Virus record (IMG/VR): IMGVR_UViG_3300006484_000990
Location: 1-35,713 of that record
Direction: 5' to 3' (one strand)
DNA length: 35,713 nucleotides
Source: a virus
Lineage: Duplodnaviria > Caudoviricetes
The notes under the pieces were generated by a model. The model worked only from the letters and a program-made list of their open reading frames with translations. It was not told where the DNA came from and searched no databases. The position numbers and the translations under genes were made by a program. This document shows, one piece after another, positions 15,582-24,916 of the stretch. The first letter of the stretch is position 1. Each line of letters opens with the position of its first letter.

Positions 15582-16844
15582 ATGTCTAAAGTAATGAAGG
15601 CTGAAAAAACTAAGAAACAAGACTGGGCCACTAAAGAATTTACGCCGTCTGAAAAAAATAAAATTCTTGAGAAACTTATTACGGCCCGTGTTGGCTTATT
15701 ATTGAAGCATCCGTTCTTTGGTAATCTTGCTACACGTATGAAATTAGTTGATGCCAGCGAGTGGTGTAATACATTGGCTACTGACGGACGCACCTTCTAT
15801 TACAATAACGGGTTTGTTCATAAGTTAACTCCTAAAGAAGCAGAGTTCGGCTTTGCTCATGAAGTTTTACATAATGTATTTGATCATATGGGACGGCGTG
15901 ATAGTCGCGATCCTACGCTGTCAAACATTGCCGCAGACTATGCTGCCAATCAAATTTTAAAAGATGAACGTATTGGGGTGGTGCCAAGTTTTATTAAAAT
16001 ATTCCAAGATGACAAATATCGTGGTAAGAGCTACGAAGAAATTTATTCTGAACTCTACGAAAAAGCAGAAAAAATTGATATTGGTTCGTTAGGGGAATTA
16101 CTGGACGAACATTTAGATGGCGATGATGAGGGCAACGGAGAAGGCGAGGACGGTGATAACGAAAATAAAGGTAAAGGTCGTCCAAAATTAACTGCTGAAG
16201 AAAAGAAACAGATACGTGACGAGATCAAAGAAGCTGTAATGGCCGCTGCTCAATCTGCAGGTGCTGGTCGGGTGCCGGCAGGTATCCGTCGTATGATCAG
16301 CGACTTCACTGAGCCTAAAATGGATTGGCGTCAGATACTGCGTATGAATATTCAAAGTATCTTCAAGAGCAATTTTAGCTTTGCTCGTCCAAATCGTAAG
16401 AGTCAACATTGTGGTGCCATCTTACCTGGTATGATGAATGAAGAAACAATTGATGTATCTGTAGCTATTGATATGAGCGGTAGTATTTCAGATGTAATGG
16501 CCAAAGATTTTATCAGCGAAGTTAAGGGCATTATGGATGAGTACAGAGATTTTAAATTAGATCTCTGGTGCTTTGACACCGAAGTATATAACTATGCTCG
16601 TTTCTCTGGAGACAATGCAGATGATATTATGAGCTACGAAGTTAAGGGCGGTGGTGGCACTGACTTTGATGCTAACTATAAATTTATGAAACATGAAGAT
16701 ATTAATCCAAAACGTTTTATTATGTTTACAGATGGATATCCTTGCGGAAGCTGGGGAGATGAGGATTATTGCGAAAGTTTGTTTGTTATTCACGGTAACG
16801 ATACCATAATTGCACCCTTCGGCCAGACTGCTTATTATAAATAA
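15582..16844 (+). CDS. HExxH metallopeptidase-like + vWA domain protein (DUF2201-like), MoxR partner
   Basis: TLATDG, FAHEVLH (HExxH), NIAADYAAN, acidic Gly-rich linker, then MIDAS elements AIDMSGS, GGGGTDF and FTDG. Confidence 0.88.
   Translation: MSKVMKAEKTKKQDWATKEFTPSEKNKILEKLITARVGLLLKHPFFGNLATRMKLVDASEWCNTLATDGRTFYYNNGFVHKLTPKEAEFGFAHEVLHNVFDHMGRRDSRDPTLSNIAADYAANQILKDERIGVVPSFIKIFQDDKYRGKSYEEIYSELYEKAEKIDIGSLGELLDEHLDGDDEGNGEGEDGDNENKGKGRPKLTAEEKKQIRDEIKEAVMAAAQSAGAGRVPAGIRRMISDFTEPKMDWRQILRMNIQSIFKSNFSFARPNRKSQHCGAILPGMMNEETIDVSVAIDMSGSISDVMAKDFISEVKGIMDEYRDFKLDLWCFDTEVYNYARFSGDNADDIMSYEVKGGGGTDFDANYKFMKHEDINPKRFIMFTDGYPCGSWGDEDYCESLFVIHGNDTIIAPFGQTAYYK
16836..16843 (+). promoter_or_regulatory. 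T4-type late promoter consensus TATAAATA
   Basis: Exact TATAAATA ending 13 nt before the ATG at 16857. Confidence 0.5.
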
Positions 16845-16856
16845 AGTAGGTATATA

Positions 16857-17138
16857 ATGTCTCTAAATAGAGGAAACGTAAATGCTTTGTCAGTACTAGG
16901 ACTAAGGAAACTATCCTTTATTCCAGAGCATTTTGTTAAACTGTTGATAGAGCATCGATTTGATGTTAAGGACATCCAACATTGGATTGAATATAACCTA
17001 GATGGCAGATATGCCATTAAAGACGGATATGGTTTAGATCGTGATAGGAAAATTGTTGCTTATACAGAAATAGGAATGGAAGACCCAAAAGAGCTAACCA
17101 TGCTGGCAATAGGATGCCAACATTTACATAAAAAATAA
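16857..17138 (+). CDS. Hypothetical protein
   Basis: 93 aa, co-oriented, fills the gap between genes. Confidence 0.7.
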   Translation: MSLNRGNVNALSVLGLRKLSFIPEHFVKLLIEHRFDVKDIQHWIEYNLDGRYAIKDGYGLDRDRKIVAYTEIGMEDPKELTMLAIGCQHLHKK

Positions 17139-17149
17139 GGATATTTAAA

Positions 17150-17371
17150 ATGGAAGAAAATCAAACACCAGAAGCTACTGCTCCTCAAATACCAGAACTT
17201 ACAATTACTGATCTAGGTAATCTACGGTCAATTGTAGATGTTTCTGTACGCCGTGGAGTATTTGCTGCTAATGAAATTTCAGCAGTAGGTGCAACCTATG
17301 ACAAATTAAATGCATTTCTAAATGCAGTAGTACCACCAAAGACCGATGAACAGCCTGCAGCCGCAGAATAA
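17150..17371 (+). CDS. Small hypothetical protein
   Basis: 73 aa, TAAGGA RBS, compact helical core (LTITDL...RGVF...VGATYDKL). Confidence 0.78.
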   Translation: MEENQTPEATAPQIPELTITDLGNLRSIVDVSVRRGVFAANEISAVGATYDKLNAFLNAVVPPKTDEQPAAAE

Positions 17372-17386
17372 TAAAAGGAGAGTAGC

Positions 17387-18031
17387 ATGGCTAAATTTAC
17401 CAAACACGTAGGTAAGATGAAAAATAATTCTGCTCGTATAGCAGTGGCATATAGAACAATTCCCGGAGATGCTAATAGTGCATTGGTTATAGGAACTAAT
17501 GGTCTTACTGACGCCTACCATGACTCTTTAATGAGTCTGATTGACAGCGATGCTGGTCAGCAAGCCAACGAACTTGCAGATATTCTTGCTGTACGTCGAT
17601 TCCCCGATGGTACTGTCATGCTACAATATTTGCATGCCAATGGACATCTTAAAAAAGTTCCTACTAATCTTGTATTAATGACTGCAAATAGTCAATCAAC
17701 TACACCTTTAGATGAACTCAATAAAATAATTGCAGAGCAAAAGGGAATTAAATTAGAAGATTTAGCAGTTACAGATGGCTCTATCAAAGAAGAAATCAAA
17801 CCAGTTGTTAAAGAAGAAATTGTTATTCAAGACGTTATGGTGCCAGAGATTAAAAAATCTGTGTTAGTCGAAACTGCTGAAGAAATTTCCGATCCTGTAC
17901 TTATTGCAAAACAATATCGTTCCAAGGCTGACAAGTTGGCCAAGGATGCTGCTAACTTCCGTAGAATGGCAGACGCTATTGATCCGCCAAAGGTTAAAGA
18001 ATCTAAGGCTAATAAAACTGTTACTGCTTAA
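17387..18031 (+). CDS. Hypothetical phage protein
   Basis: 214 aa, AAGGAG RBS, C-terminal coiled-coil-like segment, stop overlaps the thyA start. Confidence 0.8.
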   Translation: MAKFTKHVGKMKNNSARIAVAYRTIPGDANSALVIGTNGLTDAYHDSLMSLIDSDAGQQANELADILAVRRFPDGTVMLQYLHANGHLKKVPTNLVLMTANSQSTTPLDELNKIIAEQKGIKLEDLAVTDGSIKEEIKPVVKEEIVIQDVMVPEIKKSVLVETAEEISDPVLIAKQYRSKADKLAKDAANFRRMADAIDPPKVKESKANKTVTA

Positions 18032-18912
18032 TGTCAGATTCGGAACGCATCTATCTTGATGCACTAAGTGAGATTTTAGAAACAGGAGAACATCGTCCTG
18101 ATAGAACAGGTGTTGGCACTATTAGTAAATTTGGACTACAATTAAAGTTTGATTTGCAAGAAGGATTTCCAGCTATTACTACAAAACGGTTAGCCTGGAA
18201 ATCTGTTGTTAGTGAACTACTATGGTTTATTGAAGGTAGTAGTGATGAAAATCGCTTGAGAGAAATACTTCACGGTAGTCGTAGTAGTACAGAAACTACT
18301 ATCTGGTCTGAAAATGCCAATGCAGACTATTGGAAGCAAAAGGCAAGATTCAAAGGTGACTTGGGTCGAGTATATGGTGTTCAATGGCGACAATGGCGGG
18401 CTCCAGTGTTTGGTGCAAATCGTATGGCAGTTAAACATGTTGATCAATTACAAGCATTGATTAATGGTATTAAGAAAGATCCATACGGACGCAGACATAT
18501 TATTAGTGCATGGAATCCAGGCGAGATTGATATCATGGCATTGCCTCCATGCCATGTGATGAGCCAATTCTATGTAAGCAGCAGTGGTAAGTTAAGTTGC
18601 CATATGTATCAACGTAGTGCAGACATGTTTCTTGGAGTGCCATTTAACATTGCAAGTTACGCATTGTTAACGCATATGATTGCCCGGATATGCAATCTTT
18701 CAGTAGGAGAATTGATTATTTCTTTTGGTGATGCACACATATACAATAATCATTTAGAGCAAGTTAGAGAACAACTAAGTAGAGCACCGTTGATGTTACC
18801 TAACTTAGAACTCAATAAAACTATAACTGATATAACCAAATTTAATATGCAAGATATTCAATTAGTTGACTACAATTGCTACGCCGCTATTAAAGCATCA
18901 ATGGCAGTTTAA
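18031..18912 (+). CDS. thyA: Thymidylate synthase (ThyA)
   Basis: DRTGVGT, ELLWF, GRRHIISAWN, MALPPCH (catalytic Cys), YQRSADMFLGVPFNIASY (dUMP-specifying Asn) and GDAHIY. Confidence 0.96.
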   Translation: MSDSERIYLDALSEILETGEHRPDRTGVGTISKFGLQLKFDLQEGFPAITTKRLAWKSVVSELLWFIEGSSDENRLREILHGSRSSTETTIWSENANADYWKQKARFKGDLGRVYGVQWRQWRAPVFGANRMAVKHVDQLQALINGIKKDPYGRRHIISAWNPGEIDIMALPPCHVMSQFYVSSSGKLSCHMYQRSADMFLGVPFNIASYALLTHMIARICNLSVGELIISFGDAHIYNNHLEQVREQLSRAPLMLPNLELNKTITDITKFNMQDIQLVDYNCYAAIKASMAV

Positions 18913-20150
18913 ACTACTAAAACTTCAATAATCCCAAAGCCCTCGGATTGCGATCTTAGGGCTTTTCCTATGATAGCTCCACCAAATACATTACTAGCAG
19001 CAATTCCATATCCCGGTGTGCTGCTAGTAACAATTAGATCACCCTTGTTAATATAGCCTTGAACTTTGCAAGGAACCCGGCCTTTTAAGGCAATATAGGG
19101 GTGAGTTTCGTCGGTTCCTGCCTCAGAATTCATCATATAGGCAGGATTTTTACTCACTATGCCCGCTACCCTTGTATCAGCAAATGTTGTGGTAACAGTG
19201 ACTTCTTTTTCACCACCTATAATTAAAACGGTACCCGGTTCGTAGACTGCATCTGCTTCATATCTTTCCGCTAGATCAGCATATAATGCACTAGTGGCAA
19301 CACCTTCAAATCTTGTTGCTTTAACATAGTTAGTAGACGGATTAAAAGTAAATCCATAATCTATAGAAATAGTTCCATTTGTAAAAGAAGTAGTTGTAGT
19401 ATTGATAAATCCTACAGGATTATATTTGTTAGCGGTATCAAGTGTGGTTGAAAATCCCAAAGCATAGGTAGCAGTGTTTGCATTTAATGCATGTGCAGCA
19501 GTTCCCCAAAAATAATTACCAGCTGCTTCAGAATTTCCTGTATTAGGATTTGCACCAGTTAAATTTATACCTTTATGTAACCTAGCACCGTCTGCATAAA
19601 TTGTGTACTGTCCGGATAATCCACCATTTAATGTATACTCTTGATTAGATATAGTTGCAATAACACTATCACCTATAACTGCTTTTGTATTATAAATTTT
19701 ATTTTGTCCATCAGCAGATTCAAAATCTCCTCTCCATCCTGCGTTTGAATCCGCACCAATTGGAGGACCAATTAATGTATATGACAGTCCATTAAAAACG
19801 TATAATTGTTGTTCTGTAGTATCATACCATAAGTCGCCAGTGGTAGGAACTACTATATTAATAGGATTATTAGAATTTACTTCAAGTGTAGCAAGACTTT
19901 TCCAATTGGTAGAATCATACATATTAATATGTTTACTATTTGAATTATACCAAAGTTGTCCTTCAATGGGTTTAGATGGTGCAGATGTATTAGAAAAATT
20001 TTCTAATAATTTTAGGAAATTTTCGTTTTGAATTTCTCCGTAGCCTGCGTAGTTTCTACCTACAAAAGTTAAATCAGCTGTTGTATCTATAGATGCATCA
20101 GAAACTATTGTAATAATTGAACCATTAGTTTTATTTAAAATATATGACAT
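18909..20150 (-). CDS. Tail fibre/appendage-type virion protein with a C-terminal Peptidase G2-like intramolecular chaperone domain
   Basis: Shared N-terminal module (LTFVGRNYAGYG...NFLKLLENFS...P..GQLWY). C-terminal YADLAERY, GIVSKNPAYMMN, ALKGRVPCKV, GDLIVTS and IGKAL. Confidence 0.7.
   Translation of the reverse strand: MSYILNKTNGSIITIVSDASIDTTADLTFVGRNYAGYGEIQNENFLKLLENFSNTSAPSKPIEGQLWYNSNSKHINMYDSTNWKSLATLEVNSNNPINIVVPTTGDLWYDTTEQQLYVFNGLSYTLIGPPIGADSNAGWRGDFESADGQNKIYNTKAVIGDSVIATISNQEYTLNGGLSGQYTIYADGARLHKGINLTGANPNTGNSEAAGNYFWGTAAHALNANTATYALGFSTTLDTANKYNPVGFINTTTTSFTNGTISIDYGFTFNPSTNYVKATRFEGVATSALYADLAERYEADAVYEPGTVLIIGGEKEVTVTTTFADTRVAGIVSKNPAYMMNSEAGTDETHPYIALKGRVPCKVQGYINKGDLIVTSSTPGYGIAASNVFGGAIIGKALRSQSEGFGIIEVLVV
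18936..18966 (+). terminator. Probable intrinsic terminator for the + strand arm, embedded in the opposite-strand coding sequence
   Basis: AAAGCCCT-C-GGAT-TGCG-ATCT-T-AGGGCTTTT starting 24 nt after the thyA stop. Confidence 0.5.
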
Positions 20151-20161
20151 TGAATTAACCT

Positions 20162-21190
20162 TTAAATTCTTACAATATTAGTCACTGTACTAAGAGATGG
20201 TGTATAATATATATCATACCAGTTCCATATATTAATTCCTGGATGTATTGGATCGTCGATTAGTTTGAATCTTCTAACAGATGCATCTAGCGACACTCCG
20301 TTATTATATAAACAAACAACTTTAGCATTTGAATTAATTGGATAACCAAGTTCTTCATATGTTGCGTTTGTAACTGTAGAAAATATCAAAGGTAAAAAGT
20401 TTTTTATGGCAATATTTCCTGCCTCTATATTTAATTTTGCAGTAGCGGTGCTTGACATTACTGGATCAGGATTACCGTAGGGTGTAATATCAAATGTAGC
20501 AGTTAGTGTTTGACCATTAGGGAATTGTTTAACTTCATTTATATAGTAATCTCCCTTAATATATAAATCAGCTTTTATATCTATATCACGAAGAAAAGTT
20601 GTACCGTTTACTATAGGTGTAACAGTTCCATAACCGAGATATGCGGACGAATCAGTGGACTTCATATTAAAGGTTGATGTACTAATTAATCCAATAGCAG
20701 TACCATAAGAATACAGTACACTAACTTTTTGAGGTACATTTGTGTCATCGTCTCTTATAATAGTCGGAGGCGGTTCAATACCAAATTTTCCTAGTAGTCC
20801 AGACACAGCCGGACCGACTAACTTATAAGTATATCCATTCCATATTTTTAATTGACTATTAGCACTATCGTACCATAAATCTCCAGTACTAGTTGTGATA
20901 GTAGGAGTACCGTTTACTGTTGCACCATATGTAGGTTTAAAAGAGGTTCCATCAAAAACATTTAATCTTTTTGTAATGGTATTAAACCATAGTTGCCCAG
21001 GTTGTGGATTTCTAGGTGAATTATTATTAGAAAAACTTGTTAGTAACTTGGCCAAATTATTGTTAAGATATTGTCCATAATTATCAACATTTTTTCCAAC
21101 AAAATCTAAACTGGTAGAGATACTATCAACTACTCCGGTAGCAATACTTGTTAAAACAGAACCATCGTTGTTATATATAATGTAGGCCAT
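20162..21190 (-). CDS. Virion structural protein (tail/baseplate), paralogue of its neighbours
   Basis: Same N-terminal module (LDFVGKNVDNYG...KLLTSFS...PQPGQLWF...GDLWYD). Confidence 0.7.
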   Translation of the reverse strand: MAYIIYNNDGSVLTSIATGVVDSISTSLDFVGKNVDNYGQYLNNNLAKLLTSFSNNNSPRNPQPGQLWFNTITKRLNVFDGTSFKPTYGATVNGTPTITTSTGDLWYDSANSQLKIWNGYTYKLVGPAVSGLLGKFGIEPPPTIIRDDDTNVPQKVSVLYSYGTAIGLISTSTFNMKSTDSSAYLGYGTVTPIVNGTTFLRDIDIKADLYIKGDYYINEVKQFPNGQTLTATFDITPYGNPDPVMSSTATAKLNIEAGNIAIKNFLPLIFSTVTNATYEELGYPINSNAKVVCLYNNGVSLDASVRRFKLIDDPIHPGINIWNWYDIYYTPSLSTVTNIVRI

Positions 21191-21192
21191 AA

Positions 21193-22929
21193 TTATGTTT
21201 TTATAAGATAGGTTAAATAAGTGCTACCCGAAATTAAAGTGGTAGTTGACATATTTGGAACTCTAAAAGTGTCAGAACCAGCACTACCGTAGTTTTTTCC
21301 AATAATAGCATATAAGGTAGGATATAGAAATGTACTTGTTGACTGTCCATTGCACACCAAGAATCCCAATGGTATACTAGTAGATGTACTAAATGGAATA
21401 ATCATTCCTGGTTGAATTAATATAGGATAAACATCAGATAGAAAAGATGATTTGGATATTTTTTCTAAATTAGATGTTGTGGTAGCTGTATTCAACACCA
21501 ATAATGTTTGAGTGGCTGTTGTTGTATATGTTGTGGTTGGATCATTTATCAAAGATCGTGTTACACTTGTTACTAGTGTTACATCTGCTGTTCCGTTAAA
21601 TAATACTGCAGATGTAGAAGTAATAGGACCTTGTATAATAAATTTTTTAGAATTTGTCAAAGACGATGCCGAACCAGTGATACTACCAGCAAATATATCT
21701 ACACCATAAATGTTACTAACATAGATTGATCTAAATTTTTTCAGAGAAGTACCAATATCATATACATTCTGTTGCATTGGTTCAATTGCAATTGCATCTG
21801 TCACAGGAGATACAATTAGTTTACCTGTGGACGTTGTAGTTCCACTAACAGATAATCCATTTACCGATAATAATCCATTAAATGTTCCTCCACCTCCTAC
21901 TGATAATGCAACTGTGGCATTTGATGTAATACTTACATTACTAGTAAATCTTGCACCGCCTCCAACATCTAATGTAGGACTTGTAGAAGAAGTACTTGTG
22001 TTTATACCAATATTAGCATATAAAGAATTAAATTTTAAATAAGAATTTTGAGTTCCTACTTGTAATAGTGAACCTTCATAATTAACAAATCCATTATTGT
22101 TTATGTTACTATATAATTTAAGAGCGTTGCTATTTGAAGTTGGCCGTATATATAATCCATTAGAGTCTTCTATATAAAGAGTTCCAGTGTGTGTTTGTAC
22201 AGTTGCTCTATTTTTTAATAAATCAGAAGAAGTAACTACAGCACCAAATGACGATTCAAGTGCAGATGCTTTTTCTGCTAATCCATTATATTTTGCTAAA
22301 ACTTTGGTTGTAATATTTGTACCAATTTTTATTGTAGAAAATCCATCTATAACTGTTCTAGGAGTAAATGCATTGTAGGAAATAATTTCAATCACATAAC
22401 CATTTGCCCAATTTTTTATAATTGGATAATTGTTTCCATTGGTAGCCGGAATAAGTAATGTTTCAATTCCGGTTTTATTTTCTCCATTTATTACATCTGG
22501 TCCTACTATTGTCCATTGATTATTATATCTAATTTTTAATTGATTATTTGCTGTGTCTACCCAAATATCACCATCGGATATACTGGTATAACGAATAGTA
22601 GGGTCAACTATCTGTTGATATATACCATTTGCAGCTGGCCATCTTCCAGAGGTACCTGTACCATTACTAATTCGTAATATTGGTTTTGATGCATTACTTG
22701 TGTCATACCAAAGTTGACCCTTGATTGCATGTATAGGTTCCGAAGGGCTGGCAAAATTTTCTAATAATTTTAAAAAGTTTTGTGCTACAGGAAGACCATA
22801 GTTTTGATATCCAGAACCTACCAGTGTTAAACTTGTAGAATCAATATTGATACCTGTGCCTTCAATTTTTGAAGGCACCGTAATTGTTGTTGTAGTGTTT
22901 GGATCTGAAAAACGTAATGTATATGCCAT
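21193..22929 (-). CDS. Tail fibre-type protein with a C-terminal tail collar domain
   Basis: Shared N-terminal module (LTLVGSGYQNYG...NFLKLLENFAS...GQLWYD), Ser/Thr/Gly-rich shaft, and collar motif PGMIIPF...GFLVCNGQ...YPTLYAIIG..YG...FRVPN. Confidence 0.75.
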   Translation of the reverse strand: MAYTLRFSDPNTTTTITVPSKIEGTGINIDSTSLTLVGSGYQNYGLPVAQNFLKLLENFASPSEPIHAIKGQLWYDTSNASKPILRISNGTGTSGRWPAANGIYQQIVDPTIRYTSISDGDIWVDTANNQLKIRYNNQWTIVGPDVINGENKTGIETLLIPATNGNNYPIIKNWANGYVIEIISYNAFTPRTVIDGFSTIKIGTNITTKVLAKYNGLAEKASALESSFGAVVTSSDLLKNRATVQTHTGTLYIEDSNGLYIRPTSNSNALKLYSNINNNGFVNYEGSLLQVGTQNSYLKFNSLYANIGINTSTSSTSPTLDVGGGARFTSNVSITSNATVALSVGGGGTFNGLLSVNGLSVSGTTTSTGKLIVSPVTDAIAIEPMQQNVYDIGTSLKKFRSIYVSNIYGVDIFAGSITGSASSLTNSKKFIIQGPITSTSAVLFNGTADVTLVTSVTRSLINDPTTTYTTTATQTLLVLNTATTTSNLEKISKSSFLSDVYPILIQPGMIIPFSTSTSIPLGFLVCNGQSTSTFLYPTLYAIIGKNYGSAGSDTFRVPNMSTTTLISGSTYLTYLIKT

Positions 22930-22931
22930 GA

Positions 22932-23576
22932 TTAAATTCCACTACTTATACTTTGAATTCTTATAGTATAGTCAACTTGAATCATCCTGTTTAAAGATTT
23001 TTGTACAGGGTGGAATATTACATGAGTTAATAACATTCCTTCGTTAGGACCTGCAGAAGAATAAGATTTTAAACCCAATTCATCAAATATATAATCAGTG
23101 GTACTAGATGTACCTGTATCAAATGCAGATTGATCATTTGGCTCACCAAAATCTAATAAACAACTAACAAGAACATCCGAATATGCTGTTCCTATAATAT
23201 GTCGAGTTTCCATAAAGTTTCTTGCAGGATCTAAAGAATAATTACGTTTAGCATCTACTGTTTTATAATAAGTTTGATTATATAATCCAGCATTACTTCC
23301 TACGTTGTTTGGAGTTAAATAAGTAATGATTCCAGTTGGATCTACACGAGATCCACCATTACCAAAAACCATTTCTCCAATTGGTCCATCATTATTTGAT
23401 ATACTTTGTGCTAGTGCAATGGAGAAATTTTCATAATGAATAGCATTTCTTTTATCAATAAGTACTTCTTTAGTAACAGGATCAAAGATTTTAATATGAC
23501 CTTGAATGCTGACAGCACCCGATTCATTGGGTTTTGACTGCGGAGCAGTAGGTTGATTATTAGTAGGAATTGTCAT
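22932..23576 (-). CDS. Virion structural protein (baseplate/tail-associated)
   Basis: 214 aa beta-rich protein (GHIKIFDP, FDELGL, LLTHVIFHPVQKSLNR) inside the structural operon, downstream of a late promoter. Confidence 0.7.
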   Translation of the reverse strand: MTIPTNNQPTAPQSKPNESGAVSIQGHIKIFDPVTKEVLIDKRNAIHYENFSIALAQSISNNDGPIGEMVFGNGGSRVDPTGIITYLTPNNVGSNAGLYNQTYYKTVDAKRNYSLDPARNFMETRHIIGTAYSDVLVSCLLDFGEPNDQSAFDTGTSSTTDYIFDELGLKSYSSAGPNEGMLLTHVIFHPVQKSLNRMIQVDYTIRIQSISSGI

Positions 23577-23597
23577 AATTTATATAAGTTGATAGTG

Positions 23598-23605
23598 TAT
23601 TTATA
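23598..23605 (-). promoter_or_regulatory. T4-type late promoter TATAAATA
   Basis: Plus-strand TATTTATA reads TATAAATA on the minus strand. Intergenic, about 21 nt upstream of the ATG at 23576. Confidence 0.7.
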
Positions 23606-23637
23606 TCCATATTCTCGTTGTATTTCTTATTTAAATA

Positions 23638-24915
23638 TTATGTTTTCATAATAAATGCTAGGGCATAATATGGTGGCAAATTCTTACCGGTGCCCGATTC
23701 GCCTGCTGTGTTAATGGTAACTCCTGTTGTAACTGCGCTTGTATAAGTATCCAAACCAGACGAAGCATTTGAGTTAGCGATTCGCCACCCGCTTCCCTGA
23801 CTACCATTGTCTCCATATGCATTGTTCAATCCACTTTCGCCGCCAACGCCGGTTAAATGTCTGTGTGCAGATTCAGTAATACCGTGAGTGTGACTAACAA
23901 CAACAGCATCTTTAGTGCCACCTGTATCTCCGCCTGTATAACTCGAACCTGCACCAACAATAAATCGATTACGTAAATCTGGGGTGTTATTGTTACCATC
24001 ACATAGTGCCCAGCCGCTTGGAACACTACCGCCTGACCACATAATAATCCCCCCAGTGGGTACTGCATTTGCAAATGTACCACTAATAGTTAAATTTCCA
24101 TTAATAGTTAACCCAGTATTGTCAAGAGACATCATATTTTTTAAGGTAATTACATTTCCAGACGCAACGGTTTGACTAGATGTGCTATACCACTTATGTG
24201 TCATTCCCGCAATTATATATGCACCCCGTGATAAAGGGCCGCCGTTGGTTGCACTTAAAAACGCATCAGTTGCAGTGGTACTTGGAGTTACTGCATATCC
24301 TAACATAGGACCCCCACTTGAATATTCAGTACCAAATACAGTTAGTGTACCGTTACTATAAGATCCTTTAATCAACGTGGTTCCATTAGTACTAGCTAGT
24401 CCTAAGGTTAGAGTTTTAGAAGTTTTATTCCAGGTAAATGCTGGATCACCTGTAACCAAACCGGCATCGTTATATAAAATTTCTGTATCAGCAGACACTG
24501 TTGTTGGACCAGTTCTACCTTGAACACCTTGAGCACCTTGAGCAACAGCAGATCCGTTTGTTCCTTGATTTCCAAATCCTTGAGTTCCTTGACTTGCTTG
24601 AGCACCTTGAATTCCTTGGCGACCTTGAACACCTTGAGCACCTTGAGCAACAGCAGATCCAGATGTTCCTTGACTACCAACTACCCCACGCCCATTTGTT
24701 CCTTGTGTTCCTCTAAATCCCTGTATTCCAATTACACCTTGAACACCTTGAACACCTGTATTACTACCCTGTACACCTTGTACTCCCCGAAGATCTCTTG
24801 ATAATATTGTTAATAAATCTGTGTAACGTACTCTTGATACTGCTAAAGAATCTGTTACTACAAACCCAGTGCCGGGTCCTGCTGTAATAAAAGGTGTTTG
24901 TGTAATATTTGTCAT
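23638..24915 (-). CDS. Tail fibre protein with collagen-like G-X-Q repeats and a collar/needle-type C-terminus
   Basis: GVQGVQG and QGAQGVQG triplets. C-terminal VPTGGIIMWSG, GWALCDG, TPDLRNRFIVGAG, HxH motifs (SHTH, AHRH) and NLPPYYALAFIMK. Confidence 0.82.
   Translation of the reverse strand: MTNITQTPFITAGPGTGFVVTDSLAVSRVRYTDLLTILSRDLRGVQGVQGSNTGVQGVQGVIGIQGFRGTQGTNGRGVVGSQGTSGSAVAQGAQGVQGRQGIQGAQASQGTQGFGNQGTNGSAVAQGAQGVQGRTGPTTVSADTEILYNDAGLVTGDPAFTWNKTSKTLTLGLASTNGTTLIKGSYSNGTLTVFGTEYSSGGPMLGYAVTPSTTATDAFLSATNGGPLSRGAYIIAGMTHKWYSTSSQTVASGNVITLKNMMSLDNTGLTINGNLTISGTFANAVPTGGIIMWSGGSVPSGWALCDGNNNTPDLRNRFIVGAGSSYTGGDTGGTKDAVVVSHTHGITESAHRHLTGVGGESGLNNAYGDNGSQGSGWRIANSNASSGLDTYTSAVTTGVTINTAGESGTGKNLPPYYALAFIMKT
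24517..24660. repeat. Exact 39-bp direct repeat within the collagen-like region
   Basis: ACCTTGAACACCTTGAGCACCTTGAGCAACAGCAGATCC at 24517-24555 and 24622-24660 (105-bp offset), within an array of 9-bp CCTTG-containing units. Confidence 0.9.
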
Positions 24916-24916
24916 T

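Noticed and set aside
18031-18912. ThyA-like gene as a dCMP/dUMP hydroxymethylase supplying the glycosyltransferase
   Set aside because: It retains canonical ThyA motifs, including PCH and the Asn in VPFNIASY, consistent with ordinary dTMP synthesis.
24517-24790. CRISPR array or diversity-generating retroelement repeat
   Set aside because: The repeats are in-frame 9-bp codon units without unique spacers. The two 39-bp copies are identical with no adenine-specific differences, and no reverse transcriptase is present.
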